From the NCBI GenBank assembly GCA_024704765.1, contig JAKMXF010000332.1:797995-861994 (forward strand): a DNA stretch of 64,000 bases, given 5' to 3'. The first letter of the stretch is position 1; each line of letters begins with the position of its first letter. The translations under genes and the position numbers were made by a program. Of the stretch, positions 49,748 to 62,750 are shown piece by piece. The DNA comes from Oopsacas minuta. Taxonomy: Eukaryota; Animalia; Porifera. Below the pieces are notes generated by a model. It was not told where the DNA came from. It did no database searches and saw only the letters and a program-made list of their open reading frames with translations.

Positions 49748-51790
49748 CAGTGACGTAGCTAGGGGGAGCCGCATTCCCTCCCTTTGCTTTGCACGACAAA
49801 TCTGGTTTTACACACTAGAATGCACAGAATACAATGCTCTCTCGACCTTAGTCATTAGTATCATTGTTGGAAAAAAGGGGTATTATTTCCAGAATTTACA
49901 GACTATGGTTGTATTTTTTTTTCTGTCAAAAATGAATTTCTTTCTTGTTGCGTCTCGCAATTATCGTATATTTGTCTCACATGATTCTTTAAATACAATA
50001 TAGACGATATGATATCATAATAGTAATACTGTTATATCATCCTCATATTAAGGTTGAATGTCTAAAGAATGTTATTACCAATAACAAAAAGAATGTTAGT
50101 AGGTACAAATGCGGGAAAAAGCAAAGTATTATAGGTTCTTCTCCTTACTTTTGGAAATTTAGTCATAATTGGATGTTTTATTATTTTACTGTACTCTATG
50201 TTTTGGAATCTTAGCCGACGACATAATAAAGAGGCTACTTACTGAACCAACTTTCATTTGGGAAATTATTTCCCCAAGCCACTGCAAAGATACGATCATC
50301 TAAGCATGACAACTGGTGACTTGAATAGTAGTATACAAACGAGTATCACAAGAGTTCTAAAGACATGTGGTCTGCATTTCTTGTCAATCGAGCAAATAGC
50401 TCTAACGTCTAGATACTAATGAACTCTCATCATCGGAAAATTTGAGAGGAAAACCGCAAATGTCAGAAACCGATAATTGATACCCAGACTTAGTCACATT
50501 TTTAGATGTCCTTGAGAAGCTCACGGCAGTAAAAAATGTCAAGAATCAGAATTAAGAGAGGAAGGGATTCCAAAACGATGGAAGAGTATCTACAGAGATT
50601 CGAAGAGGACAACCAAAGGTTTTTCGCAGCAAAAGAGCCAAGGCTTACTGGGAGAAGAAGTAATCGGTAACGCTATTGTTGAAGTAGTGAAAATGTGTAG
50701 CCTATAGTAGTAGGGAGCAGTTGGGCAGAGCTACGATGGTGCTAGTGTTATGAGCAGTGGTAGTTGTCAACGTATTAATACTATAAATTCGCTGACTACT
50801 ACCACTGTTTTGCCCATTCCCTTAATCTGACCTTTCTTGATTCCAGTAAAATTCCAAATGTTCGTGATCTGATTGGTACAGTAAACAGTTACAAAATTCT
50901 TGTTAAAAAGTAACAAGAAGAAAGTTATCCAAGCCAATGTCCTTCAACAATCTAGCGGCCACACCACTGGAGGCAGATTTCAAACTTTGTGTGAAACAAG
51001 ATGGGTAGAAAGGGCAACAGCACTTGAAAATTTTGTTGCGTACTACGTTCATCTTAAAGTCACTGATTGCTATCAGTCGTTGGCAAGACCATAAAGCAAA
51101 AGGAAAAGTGACGTCACTTTTGAAAGTAATAACAGATAGTACATTTATCTTCACCTTGTTCTGTTGTTAACAACTACCAGTAACATTGATGTACTGCCGA
51201 AAAGTACCTGCTTACAAAACCTATGGGTCATGTCCAGGATATAATGGCTACTTTTGAAGGAGAGCGATCAAATAGCGAAAACGTTTAAAGATGATCATGC
51301 AGTGGAGACTATTGCTGTCTAAATATAGAAATTGTTTCACATGGTGTTTGCAACAGATCCACACAGACAGCTAATCTAAATGTGACTTCCCACATGGATT
51401 ATTTTCGCATCAGCATTCACATTCCATTCCTTGATATGGCCCTCCATCAATTAATGTTCCTTTTCTATGAAAAATCCAAGTTTCCCGGAATTTCGAAATA
51501 TTGTTTCTTTCTAAATGTTACATCGATGATGCCATGGAGGAACAATTCGAAAAGCTTTAGAGAACGTATTTTTCACTACTTCATGCCAACAACGTAGCAA
51601 TCAGAAGATACGTGATGAAGAATGCTCTTAAACAATATCGACAATCGGTAATGAAATAGAAGAGACAAGTTTTGAGAAGTCTCCTCTTGACCATTTCACA
51701 AAAGTGCGAACTGTATTGTCGACGTTTGTCCAACTATTCAGGCACTTTGGCAATTACTAGTATCCTAGATAACATTCCTGTGATTTGCGT
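49748..51790 (+). pseudogene. Decayed THAP12/PRKRIR-like hAT transposase with a left TIR
   Basis: Left end cagtgacgtagctaggggg; GQSYDGASVMS, HCFAHSLNL and LCETRWVER motifs; right TIR not found. Confidence 0.75.
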
Positions 51791-52175
51791 ATGATTATTA
51801 TATTGTTGTTAAAACACACTTCACTATATCGAAGCTGTACATATTTAACTGTGTTATGAATGAGTATGCATAAAAACCCAATAAAGTGTAGTCTTCAAAT
51901 TTAATTATGATACGCCTATATAACCGCACTAGGTGAATTGATACAGTAAAGAACTTTTGGACAGGCCATGCCATTTGCTTCTATCTATATAGAAGCATAT
52001 CATATACACTGTCTAAATAATCGCAAATGGGCAAACAATCATTCCAAACATTACTAAACCCTACAAAAGGAGGCTGTTATATATAAGTGTTACAAACAAT
52101 TTCATACTGATGATTGAAATTGAATATTCTATAATAGCTATCGTGGGAGGTCTGAAATGCACCAAAGCATGCTTA

Positions 52176-53506
52176 TCAGGGCGTTTAATAAATCTTGCGG
52201 GTCATGATATATCTTAGGAATTAGTCAAGTAATATATCTAACTTTCATATATTATAAGCCCATATAGTTAAGCTCCATATACTGAAAGTTTCAAGCTTAT
52301 TCCATACAAATTACTAATTTTTGAGATAGTTACTTGTAGTCAATTTATACCCACTGTTGAATTTATGGCTTCAAAGGATGATAATTTCAATCTCAAATGG
52401 CGAGCTTACAAAGAGTTTCGCACAATTCTCAAGATCCAGCCCGTACAGATCTTCAGCGAGTTACAGGGGGTATTGTGCGTGGATTGCCCTTCCAGATCTA
52501 CTCTAGAGCGATGGGCTGCCCGTTTGAGATCTGGTGATGCTGATGTCACAGATTCGCCTTGATCTGGAAGACCGGTATCCGCCACCACTTCAGAGAATAT
52601 CGCACTCATTGAAAGTATAGTCTGGAAGACAAGTGCATTACTGTCAATCAGTTAGAACAAAGTATAGAGATTTCATCGGGAGCTATTCATACAATTCTGA
52701 CGACTGAGTTGGCTATCGATCGATTTGTGGGAAATGAGTCCCGCATAAGCTCAGTGAGAATCAAAGGTTGGCACGACTGAATATTGCCAAGAAACTCTTG
52801 GAAACTTATGAGATCTGCGATTCTAGACGCCTAACAGATATTATTACTGGTGACGAGACGTGAGTGTACTATTCAACACCAAATAGCAAGTATAAGAAGC
52901 GATCATGGGTGAGGGGCGACGAACAACCGGCGAAAGTTCCTAGGCCCGACTTCAGAAAACCTAAGATTATGTATACCATCTTCTTCAGTAGTCATGGAAT
53001 TGTCTTGCAATTACCTTGTGAGAGTGGCAAGGCTATTACTACTACTTTCTTTACAGAGCAAGTGCTTCCAAATTTGATAAAAAATATAGAAAAGTACCGC
53101 CCGAAAACCGGAACTCGAGGAATGAAGATTTTAATTGATAACGCCAGTTCCCATACATTGAGCTACCAAAAATATCTTGGATGTAGAAGAGTTAGAAATA
53201 CTTCCCCATCCACCATACTCCCCAGACTTAGCTCCTTGTGATTTTTGGCTATTCCCCAACCTTAAAATCTACCTTCAAGGCAAAGATTTTAACACATTAC
53301 AAGCACTCGGAAGGGCCTGTACCAGTACTTCAAATCCATCCCCGAAGAAGAGTACCGAAATGTGTTTTACAAGTGGGTGGAAAGGTTAAAACTTTGTGTA
53401 TCTGCAGGAGGGGATTACTTTGAATAAATAATACAATGAATTAGTGTGTATAGTGTTTGTATCATATTCTATGATATCACCCGCAAAGACTTATTGAACG
53501 CCCTAG
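52176..53506 (+). mobile_element. mariner element (~1.33 kb); transposase pseudogene 52365-~53427
   Basis: TIR ..agggcgtt(t/c)aataa..ctt(t)gcgggt with TA flanks; ITGDET, DNASSH and PPYSPDLAPCDF motifs; stops and frameshifts. Confidence 0.93.
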
Positions 53507-53835
53507 TATTTGGTACTTAAGCAGGAATATTTGGTACTTTAATCGTGCTAATTTGGTACACACATTTATGTTGAATATTAGCGATATTGAATGGAACGTC
53601 TTTGTCAATTATGAATGATACTTACCTAGATTACGATTAGGCCAGCAACAATGCAATGCCTCGAGGTATGAATACGGGATATGCAAAAGAGAAAATTTCA
53701 CTTTATCTGGAGCGATTCTCACAGTTAACTAGTGAGAAATCAGAATTGAGTTTACTTGGCTAGGGAATTTGCCGATGCTCAGTAACGAGACATTCAAGAA
53801 TTTTACGATCTGATTCACTCTGATTTCAATGATAA

Positions 53836-56152
53836 CACAGCCCTGCGGAATAAAAAATTTTATTTGCTGATTGTTATTGCAAAACATTTTCTAATCCACA
53901 TTTTAATACTGATTTTGAATAATTTTGTAAAATATACGTATCACGTCTAGTTTTTTTGCAAAATTATTTTTAAATATTGGTATATTTATCGATGAATGCA
54001 TGATACCTCTACAAGTAAAATAGTGAAAATCTGCCATTTATAAATTTTTACTAAGAATTACAATAAAATTTTTATTGATAATATAATCTTAGTTAATAAA
54101 TAATTTGAATATATTAGTCTGAATCAGGAGTAAATTTCCGTTTTTTTGACATTCTAGCATGAATAACATCAATACAATCTCTCTTGAGGCACCAGCAGTA
54201 ATCAGCCATCATATGAACGTCCCACCTCCCCTGATATCGTGTTTCCATTGTTTTTATGTCTTGGTGGAATCGTTCACCTTGCTCCTCGGAAACAGCTCCA
54301 AGATTCTCTGGAAAATAGTCAATATGACTGTGAAGAAAGTGAACTTTTACACTCACATTGCAGCCGAGATTCTTGTAAGATTCAATCAACTCATTCACAA
54401 GTATTTTATAATTAGGAGATTTCGTTTTTCCCAAGAAGTTTTTCATGACATCTACAAATGCATTCCATGCACATTTTTCTTTGCATATCATAGAATTTGA
54501 AAAATTATCATCTCGAACAAGTTGTCTTATCTGAGGACCGTCGAATATACCGGCAATTCTTTTTTCATCACTTAGATAGTAAAACTTCTCGGTAATATAT
54601 TTGAAACAATTTCCTTCTTTATCTAATGCCCTTACAAACTGTTTCATCAATCCTAATTTTATATTAAGTGGTGGAAGCAAAATCTTGAGAGGATCCACTA
54701 GATGCTCGTGAATAATGTTCTTATCTCCAACATTAAGATTGGTTCTAGCTGGCCAGCTCTGTCTAGAATAGTGTTCGCTCTTTGCACGACTGTCCCATAA
54801 GCATAAAAAACAAGGGTATTTTGTATATCCTGATTGCTGTCCCAAAAGAATACATATGATTTTTAAGTCACCACAGATTACCCAATTGTGCTGGTTATAA
54901 TTAATTTTATGAAGCACAATTTTCATGTTATCATATCGTTCCTTTAAACTTACTAAATGTCCAATTGGTATGGAACTAAATTTGTTGCCATTATGAAGTA
55001 GAACACATTTCAAACTTTGTTTTGAACTATCAATAAAGAGTCTCCAATCATTAGGTACATACGGACATCCAAGAGCATTAACTAGCGGTGAAACATCATG
55101 ACAAAACACAAATCCGTCTTCCATTATGAAATATTTCAAAAATTCGATCTCTCTGTCCCTATATGAGTAAAATTTTGTTTCTGGGAGAAGCAAGTTTTTT
55201 TCTTTTAGCCTAGAACCTAACAACGCAGATTCTTTAGGTAAATCTAAATCACGTACCAAATCATTTAATTCAGACTGATTAAATAACTGTGGAGAATTAG
55301 AACGAGATAATACACACGGAATAAAATCCTCATCTTCTCTGATTAATGAATCTCTAGTTTCACAATCATCAATTTCCGAGATAACATCCAAATTAGTAAA
55401 TTTTGGAACAGGTACATCAATAGAATGGGGAACGGGTCGTATTGCTGAATGTAAATTTGGATACTTGATCAATGACTTGGTTTTAGCATTGAATCCGGAA
55501 ATATTCGCCATACAAAAGTAACAATTGCTAATGTGATTTTGTGGCTCTCTCCATATCATTGGAATTCCAAAACTTAAACTCTTTCTGATTCCTTTTGTCC
55601 ATTGTCTCAAATTTTCTACACAAGATCGGCACACTGTATGTGGAGCCCATGTTTTGTCTTGATCACCTAATCTCATTCCAAAATATCCTAAATATGCTTT
55701 TTTAACAAATCCTGTTATTGCCGTAGTTTGTTTAGAAGTCATAAAACTCCCACAAATATAACAAAAGACGTCTGGATCATTACTGCACCTTCTCCGATAA
55801 GCCATATGATAATAAAATATCAAAATAGTAGACTATAGTACAATAAAGCTGTATATAACAAAAATAAAGATAAAAAAAATTATGTAGAAAAGAATGGAGT
55901 TAAAGGGACTAATTAGAAAATGCAATAAAGCACGCATCTGTTTATTTCAAAAGACAAAAATTCACACATGTATCAAATATAATCATTTATTCTAGGGAAG
56001 TGTACTTAAAAAAATCGACTTACATTAAAATGACATTTGAGTAAAAACGAGACATGATAGGGGAATTCTGATGACAGATTGAGAATCAGCATACTCAAGT
56101 TAACTAAAAACAACCCATGGATAATAATCAGCAAATTTGACGCAGGGCAGTG
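53836..56152 (-). mobile_element. Full-length Chapaev3 (CMC superfamily) transposon, 2317 bp
   Basis: TIR cac(a/t)gccctgcg; 3-bp TAA TSD at 53833-53835 and 56153-56155; shared subterminal tttgctgatt motif. Confidence 0.9.
54114..55823 (-). CDS. Chapaev3 transposase, uninterrupted 569-aa ORF
   Basis: CYICG...GDQDKTWAPH.VC..C...PMIWREP...CYFC zinc finger; FIDSS, ICGDLK and EQGERFHQD catalytic motifs; KLGLMKQFV. Confidence 0.9.
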   Translation of the reverse strand: MIFYYHMAYRRRCSNDPDVFCYICGSFMTSKQTTAITGFVKKAYLGYFGMRLGDQDKTWAPHTVCRSCVENLRQWTKGIRKSLSFGIPMIWREPQNHISNCYFCMANISGFNAKTKSLIKYPNLHSAIRPVPHSIDVPVPKFTNLDVISEIDDCETRDSLIREDEDFIPCVLSRSNSPQLFNQSELNDLVRDLDLPKESALLGSRLKEKNLLLPETKFYSYRDREIEFLKYFIMEDGFVFCHDVSPLVNALGCPYVPNDWRLFIDSSKQSLKCVLLHNGNKFSSIPIGHLVSLKERYDNMKIVLHKINYNQHNWVICGDLKIICILLGQQSGYTKYPCFLCLWDSRAKSEHYSRQSWPARTNLNVGDKNIIHEHLVDPLKILLPPLNIKLGLMKQFVRALDKEGNCFKYITEKFYYLSDEKRIAGIFDGPQIRQLVRDDNFSNSMICKEKCAWNAFVDVMKNFLGKTKSPNYKILVNELIESYKNLGCNVSVKVHFLHSHIDYFPENLGAVSEEQGERFHQDIKTMETRYQGRWDVHMMADYCWCLKRDCIDVIHARMSKKRKFTPDSD

Positions 56153-56974
56153 TAATACTGTTTCCACCTTCGAAAGATGATCTCTTTGATCATTCAACAA
56201 TTCACCTGTTCGAATTATCTTCGTTCTATCAAATTTAATTTGTTGTTCAATGTTTCATTATTTCTGGCATTCATTAGGCAAATATTGCAAGTTTTGGAAA
56301 GATGCATCTCACAAACCTTTTTTGGTAGCGAGAAGATGTTCCGTTACCTCTTCTTGAACATAAAGAGTATTTAGACCACAACACAACTGAAGCATGTCCC
56401 GTTCCTATTGACCATCAAGTCGATGGCAGTTCAGAATTTGAGACTCAATCATCTACTTTATTCAACAATATCGAAGTCGACGATCCACTTTATAAGCAAA
56501 GCGTGAGCGAGACTCCAATCAAACACTATTTCCCATCTACATTCAAATTTACAACCAGATCACACTTCACCCTAGATGGAATCGATTGTGAATTTAATTT
56601 TCAAAAGGTCTATTATTCGAGTTCCTATCGGAGCAAAAGTTTAGTTGAGTATATGCGTTCCAGATGTATGGAGGGGTTATCAGACCCTCATACTTTCCTC
56701 ACAACAGGCGCAACAATGAACGCATTTTGTGTAAGTTGTTATCCAAGAATACTATTTCTTGATATTTGGATTAGTGTCCACACACATATATTTGGATTTA
56801 GGATCTATTAAAACACAACTACCCCCATCTTTTTGGGCTTGCAAGACCCTATTCTTTCAATTGTGTGTCAATACATTTGATAGTACATACATAATTGTTA
56901 TACTTTATCTATGTATTCAATTTACATTTATTCAATGTTTCTTGTGACTACTGTGTGGTAGCTAGTTTTGTATA

Positions 56975-58243
56975 CGAAGGGCACTCGAAAAGTTTTGACG
57001 TTGACTGACATATCAGATAGTAATCATAAATTTGACTATTTCATTTTTTCTGAATACTCTCCCCGACAATCTATACATTTTTCCACTCTTCTTTGGGTAT
57101 GTCTCCGATCGCTTGGAAAAGTGCCCTTCTCAACTCCTCATTAGTCGAAAATCTCCTCCCACGTAATTGATCTTTGAGTCTAGGGAACAACCAGAAGTCG
57201 CAAGGGGTTAAATCAGGACTGTAGGGTGGTGAGGTAATGTTTTGAGTCCAGAATTTTCCAAAAACCTACGAGTTCTGATTGCTGTATATGATGATGCATT
57301 ATCATGATGAAGTAGAATCCCTCTAATGCCTGTCTTCTCCCGCTATGACTCAATTGCTGTGATGACTTTGGGAAGGCACACTGGAGTGTACCAGTCGGCA
57401 GCAACAGTCTTTCTATCCTCGAGAGCGATAGCTTCGACAAACCGACTAGATCTGAAAAAAATCGCCCACATTTGTTTCCCAATAGATCTAGCCCTCCGCA
57501 ATTTGGTTGGAGGTGGGGCATCTTCTTCAACCCACTCCTTTGACATTCGCTTTGTTTCTGGTTCATAATGGTATATCCATGTCTCATCACCTGTAAGGAT
57601 CTTAGAAACAGCTCTGGAACTTCCAATAGCAAACCTTTTTAGCATAATTTTGCAAAAGTCTATGCGGGATATTTTCGCTGTAAGTTCAAAGAATGGGGAT
57701 CCATCGGGCACACAACTTCCTGACACAAAGCTCTTTGTGCAAAATGATATTGTTGTCCCCGATGATAACTCGGCTTCATACTCTAACTGAGCGTACGTAA
57801 TATGAGGATCTTTAGTAATTAGATCTAGCATTTCGTTAACATTTCTTCATTATGTGAAATATTCTGTCTTCCTGAACGAGGGTCATCTTCAAGAATAAAT
57901 TTTCCGGGAATAAATTCCTTGTACCATCGTTCAACTGTACTTAGAGAAGGAGCTAGATCCGGGAAATGTTCCTGTAAAGATTCATAGATTTCTATTCTTG
58001 TATTCTGTAGTTTGAATAAGATCTAAATCATTGCTCGAAAATCACGATTTGTAAGATCTTATTTAGATTGAGATATTTTAGAAGCCATGTGTACTAAAAT
58101 TATCTAATTTATGAAAGTAGAAGAGATAAATGAATGAAAGTTTAAAGTATACTAATAAAATGTGCCTGAAAAATGGATGCGGAAAAATATCCGACATATT
58201 AATGGTTTCATATCAAACGGCAAAACTTTTCGATTGCCCCTGG
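56975..58243 (-). mobile_element. mariner element; decayed transposase ~58090-57030
   Basis: TIR c(g/c)a(a/g)gggca(c/a)tcgaaaagttttg with TA flanks; LTGDETWIYHYEP and PYSPDLTPCDF motifs. Confidence 0.92.
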
Positions 58244-61200
58244 TATATTCAAATTAGTTTACAATAGGCAATCCCAAATCTCCAAAAGCAAGCCTACAGA
58301 TCCATCATGATGTGCTACTTCACCGAGTAGCATCCAGCCTAACTTATGAGGGAATGGTATCCATAAATGATTCATTGTTTACTGGAATCAGTAATGAGTT
58401 GAAAGTACATTTACCTGTATTGTATAGCTAGAATTTTTCTCAACTTCAAGTTTCTGTTGCAGAGATGCAGCAACAAAGATTGGGCCTAATTGTAGAGTAT
58501 TTGTTGCTGCTACATCTTTGGCATTAGAAATCGGTGATGTTCCGAGCCAACTTAGGTGGCGTCAAGTTTAAATGTGAGGACATTTTAAAGAGTGTTTCTG
58601 TACTGAAGTTCTTACCCTGTGCAAGTGCTAGTAATTTATCAAGGTATTGTGATATTTATGTATCAGAGTACTATTACTAGAATTACAGTTTTAACAGTAA
58701 TCTGTATAGTAATACCACACATATTGTATACACGAATTTGGGTTGAGATTCTTCTACGTAAAAGTCGTGAAGAGTTCACAAATTTGTGAGTGTATTTCCA
58801 TATCTTCTGTTTTGACGGAATTTAATGAATATGATATATTACACTTATGGTTACCCGAATGAAATCTTGTCAACAAAGAACGAATTATGACTGAATAGCT
58901 CTGGTTCTCTACATTTATTATTTAAGAATTATATTGAATGTGTAAGTATATACTTAACTCTAAGTGCCTTGAATGCAGGTTGTATGTAGATTACATGCAT
59001 CATCATAGATAATCGTTGAAGGTGGAGTGCTGAAGTGAGTGAGTATACTTTTGGGGATAGTAAGAGTTGATTGCCTTTCGCGTATTACTTGGAGTCATAA
59101 CAGTACTTGTGTTTGCATGCAAAAACTAGAAACAATGAGAAAACTTCCAGTGCTTGGGACACACCTTTTTACATCCCACTGATGTCTCTCAAGTAGTCTC
59201 GTAAAAATAGGTATCTTAGATTAGTATATTCATATTATAATTCTAGGAATGAAATCCATGTTTTTGTGTCAATACCAACTTGCTTATAATTCTTTGAAAC
59301 GCGGGAAATAATTGTGAATGTCATCGGGAGCCGGTGGAACTTCGACAAGTCTTTGAGTCGGCGTTTTGAAAGAGCATCGATGTGCAATAATATGAAATTC
59401 AATAGGGCAGTAATGTTAGAATGGAAACAAACACTTTAGGTGACAAAATTTGGCTGATGGGAATTGATAATATTTCTAAATTTTGAATTCTTGAACATAG
59501 ATTCGAAAGCTTGGATTATCAATGAATTTACCGTGGGACAATCCAACTAACAATTGACACTCGTTCTTCGTAAATAGAGACATTTGGAATATTCCAGAGA
59601 GAGGTTCTGACTGACACAATTCCTAGATAACTTGTTTACGTTTCGAAGGTTGCGACCAATTTTGATGTAATCTCTCATTTGTACAACACTGAAATTAATA
59701 TTATCACCAAACTCATTTGGATTTGGTGCATCTATCGTTGTAAGTTTCTTCTAATACCTACAAAACAGGTGTAGTAGCATTCTTCTCACAACGGGAGTAT
59801 GAATGAATATTCGTTCAGCTAACAAATAAGTTAGAGTATTTGAGACTCATCCAATAAAGGCTGAAGTATTTTTTTTGATTGTCCCCATTTTAATACAATC
59901 CATTTTAATCACGTCAAGTTTATCTTCCCAAGTTGTACAAGCAAAGTTGATTCTATATTCATTATCTACCTTACTTAAATGAGCATTCCAAGCATGCTGG
60001 AAATATGATATTTCAATTGTCCTTGTCTTTCTATTCTTCGCATGTAATTACCTTTTGCTCTAAAAGTACTTAAACATACATAAAATGTTTATACTTAGGC
60101 ATTGCCTTTGTTAATGTGAAACTCGTGTCAGCTCCACATGAGATTAAAATTAGCAAGCTTGCAGGAGGGTGGTGTGAAATCAAGGAAGTATCTAGGAATG
60201 CCAGACGTTCCTATAGTGCATGATTATTGATGGAATTGTACACAGGATCGTGCTCGGAATAACTTGTATTACCTCTGGTGTGAAATAATGACAAAAATGA
60301 AGATATTCTTCCACTAGCCAACCAAATGCAGATGGCCAATATTAACCAAGTTCTAACCAACACTGGCCTATATGGATATATTTTCTATTTGTGGTAATGT
60401 TGCTTTATAACTTTGTGGTTATGCATAATATAATTGACTTTTGGGGTCAACAATTTAGTATGCATGCACTCTGGACTTCAACTATCTAGTAGGATGAAAA
60501 GATGACACATAATGATAATCATGAGTATGATATCAATTACCCAATAATTATCAATGATAATGGAATATTCACGATTAAGTACCTTGACTACAATTCACTT
60601 CTTATTTATCCCTGGTCCAGAAAATAATTATAGTGTCTAGTCCTTATATTTCTTAGTTCACGGTATTCGCTGTCTCACCTAATGGAATGGACAAACACAA
60701 AAGATCGTTTGTAGCCTCTGGGCATTCTTCAAGAACACTCGTCAAGAGTTTATTGTGATTGTTAATATGGATGGTAATGCATTTATCAAATTTTAAGCTA
60801 TCTGCCCAATATTCATGTTATATGGCTCTTAAAATAGAAACCTTCTTCAGCTAGCGCTACCAAAGGGAGGAGCCGAGGGGTGGAATGAAAATTTTTGATT
60901 TGGAATTCCCATAGCAATAAATTGATTCTCATACCCACGGCAATCCTGTAGTATTTCACTTATAATACATCGATGGTAAGAAATCGATTGGAAACATCAA
61001 ATTTATGTGAAAGTAGTATTTCATATGTGTTTAGCGGAATTCAAGATACTTAAGGATAAGATATTTATCGTTATAGTATTTGTTAATATTGCAAACCCAT
61101 GAGTTTTAACAATAGTTTCGAAACAAGGGTGATTTTGAAAATTTTAGTTTCCAGGGTGTAATTCCACACTAATGTATTGCAGTACATCAGAATAAGTTAT

Positions 61201-61396
61201 GAAACGAATTAGGTATTCACAGACTACCAATTTAAATCAATATCTGGCTACCTGACTACCTGGGCAGGAAGAGAGTCATATATTTCATTTTGTTTGGTGT
61301 AAATATTTCATTTTTTAAACTCTCAAGACAAATTGTTTGGTCTATATCTTCTCAAATTAGTTGAAATATACTAATTTGAGTTCAAAATAACAAGTA

Positions 61397-61958
61397 CAGT
61401 GGAACCCCGCTTAATGGCCACCTCGATATACCGGCCACTGTTTAAAGTCCCGTTTAATATACTATAGACATTAACATTAATTTATTTCAGAATTCCGGCC
61501 ATACTTTTAGAACGAAACCCTATTTTAACCTCAGAAGTACGACCAATCTTAACAATAGGAATCACTATTGGATGTTTGAAAACGAAAACAATTTCTGGAC
61601 AATTAAATAACAATACTTTGGAGTGTATACATATAAATGCAAAGCAGATTAATGAGACAGCAATTCATACGTTATTAATGGCATCGAGCAAACGTAATGA
61701 CTGATGACCTCACTTTGATATCTTCTATTTGAAGATAGAGTTAACGAAAAGGCCATTTATGCATGTTTTTCAGATAGCAAACAATCAAAGTTAGATGCAT
61801 ATTTTAACTAATAATTATGTATTAGCATGTTATAATTATTATAGTATGGTAAATATTAATAAAATATGGTTTCTTTCAAAAGTTTCACAATTACGGCCCC
61901 CGAAATTATGGCCATTTTTCTCGGTCCCATGGGTGACCGTATTTTCGGGGTTCCACTG
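61397..61958. mobile_element. pogo/Tigger-like MITE (562 bp)
   Basis: TA|cagtggaaccccg ... cggggttccactg|TA. Confidence 0.88.
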
Positions 61959-62586
61959 TATCTTCAATATATACCCCTTTGCTCTAAGTTATAAATATAT
62001 GATACGAATAGATTTAATGAGACCAGAAAAGTGGGATTTTTTGAGAGTAACATGTATATAAATTGAATAGAATAACTATAGAAACTGTTGAGAGTTCAAG
62101 CTGTACAACAAGTTTCAGCATCAAATATATATCGGACTGCGAAAAAGTTTTGAATTCTCATCAAGTGTACATGGATTTAGGTAAGAAACTAATATAATTG
62201 AGTTTAATTATGATACTAATATGATACTATAATATACATATTTCCGGAAGCTTATATATATAAATCGTCCTCTACGTTACAAGTACAACATATCACTATT
62301 TGACTTGAGCAACTATTATACACCGAAGAGCAGAATTCCGATCAATAGAAATATGCTAATATTCATCGAAATTTAGAATTTTTTGATATTTTGTACAGTC
62401 ATGATGATGTAATTATCACGTGATGAATTTGCATTTTTCAGAATCATGACATCAGGACATATGTCATATTGAGGGATACATGTGATTCAATTTCAAACTT
62501 CTATCATGTACATTGGCTGAGCAGTGGTTAATAATGTGATTTTTGTAAACCCAAAAAGGTGAAAATGATGTCATAATTTTATAATA

Positions 62587-62700
62587 CAGTGGAATCCGCT
62601 TAATCGGGACTCGGATGATCGGGATATCGAATCGGTTAATCGAGATTTTTTATCTTGATTACCGATTATTTCATCGTTCATAATTAGTTAATCCGTAATT
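62587..62700 (+). mobile_element. Left end of another pogo-like MITE, truncated
   Basis: TA|cagtggaatccgcttaatcggga with repeated (T)AATCGG motifs; no right end seen. Confidence 0.55.
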
Positions 62701-62750
62701 CTTATCACGTAACTGAATATGAAAATTCTATTCATTAAATGGAACATCTA

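Larger units (their letters stand above)
53656..60800. mobile_element. Second, older and diverged KDZ/NRF1-like-Ulp1 element, interrupted by Chapaev3 and mariner
   Basis: Plus-strand pieces: 53656-53835 (FTWLGNL..L..ETF versus FSWHGKL..L..EKF); 56277-56346 (FWKDASHKPxFW*REDVP); 56680-56736 (TFLTTGATMNAFC|gtaagt, same intron position); 58270-58620 (LQIHHD.LLH.VASS...QQQ..GPNC). Minus-strand pieces: ~58770 (SQICE), 58960-59170 (ACKHKYCY...IIYDDACNLH) and 59880-60000 (AWNAHL...DVIKMDCIKMGT). TIRs not found. Confidence 0.8.

Noticed and set aside
60848-60860. gctagcgctacc as the right TIR of KDZ copy 2
   Set aside because: Lacks the GCGCATGCGC core and the TTTAAA boundary, and has no matching left end.
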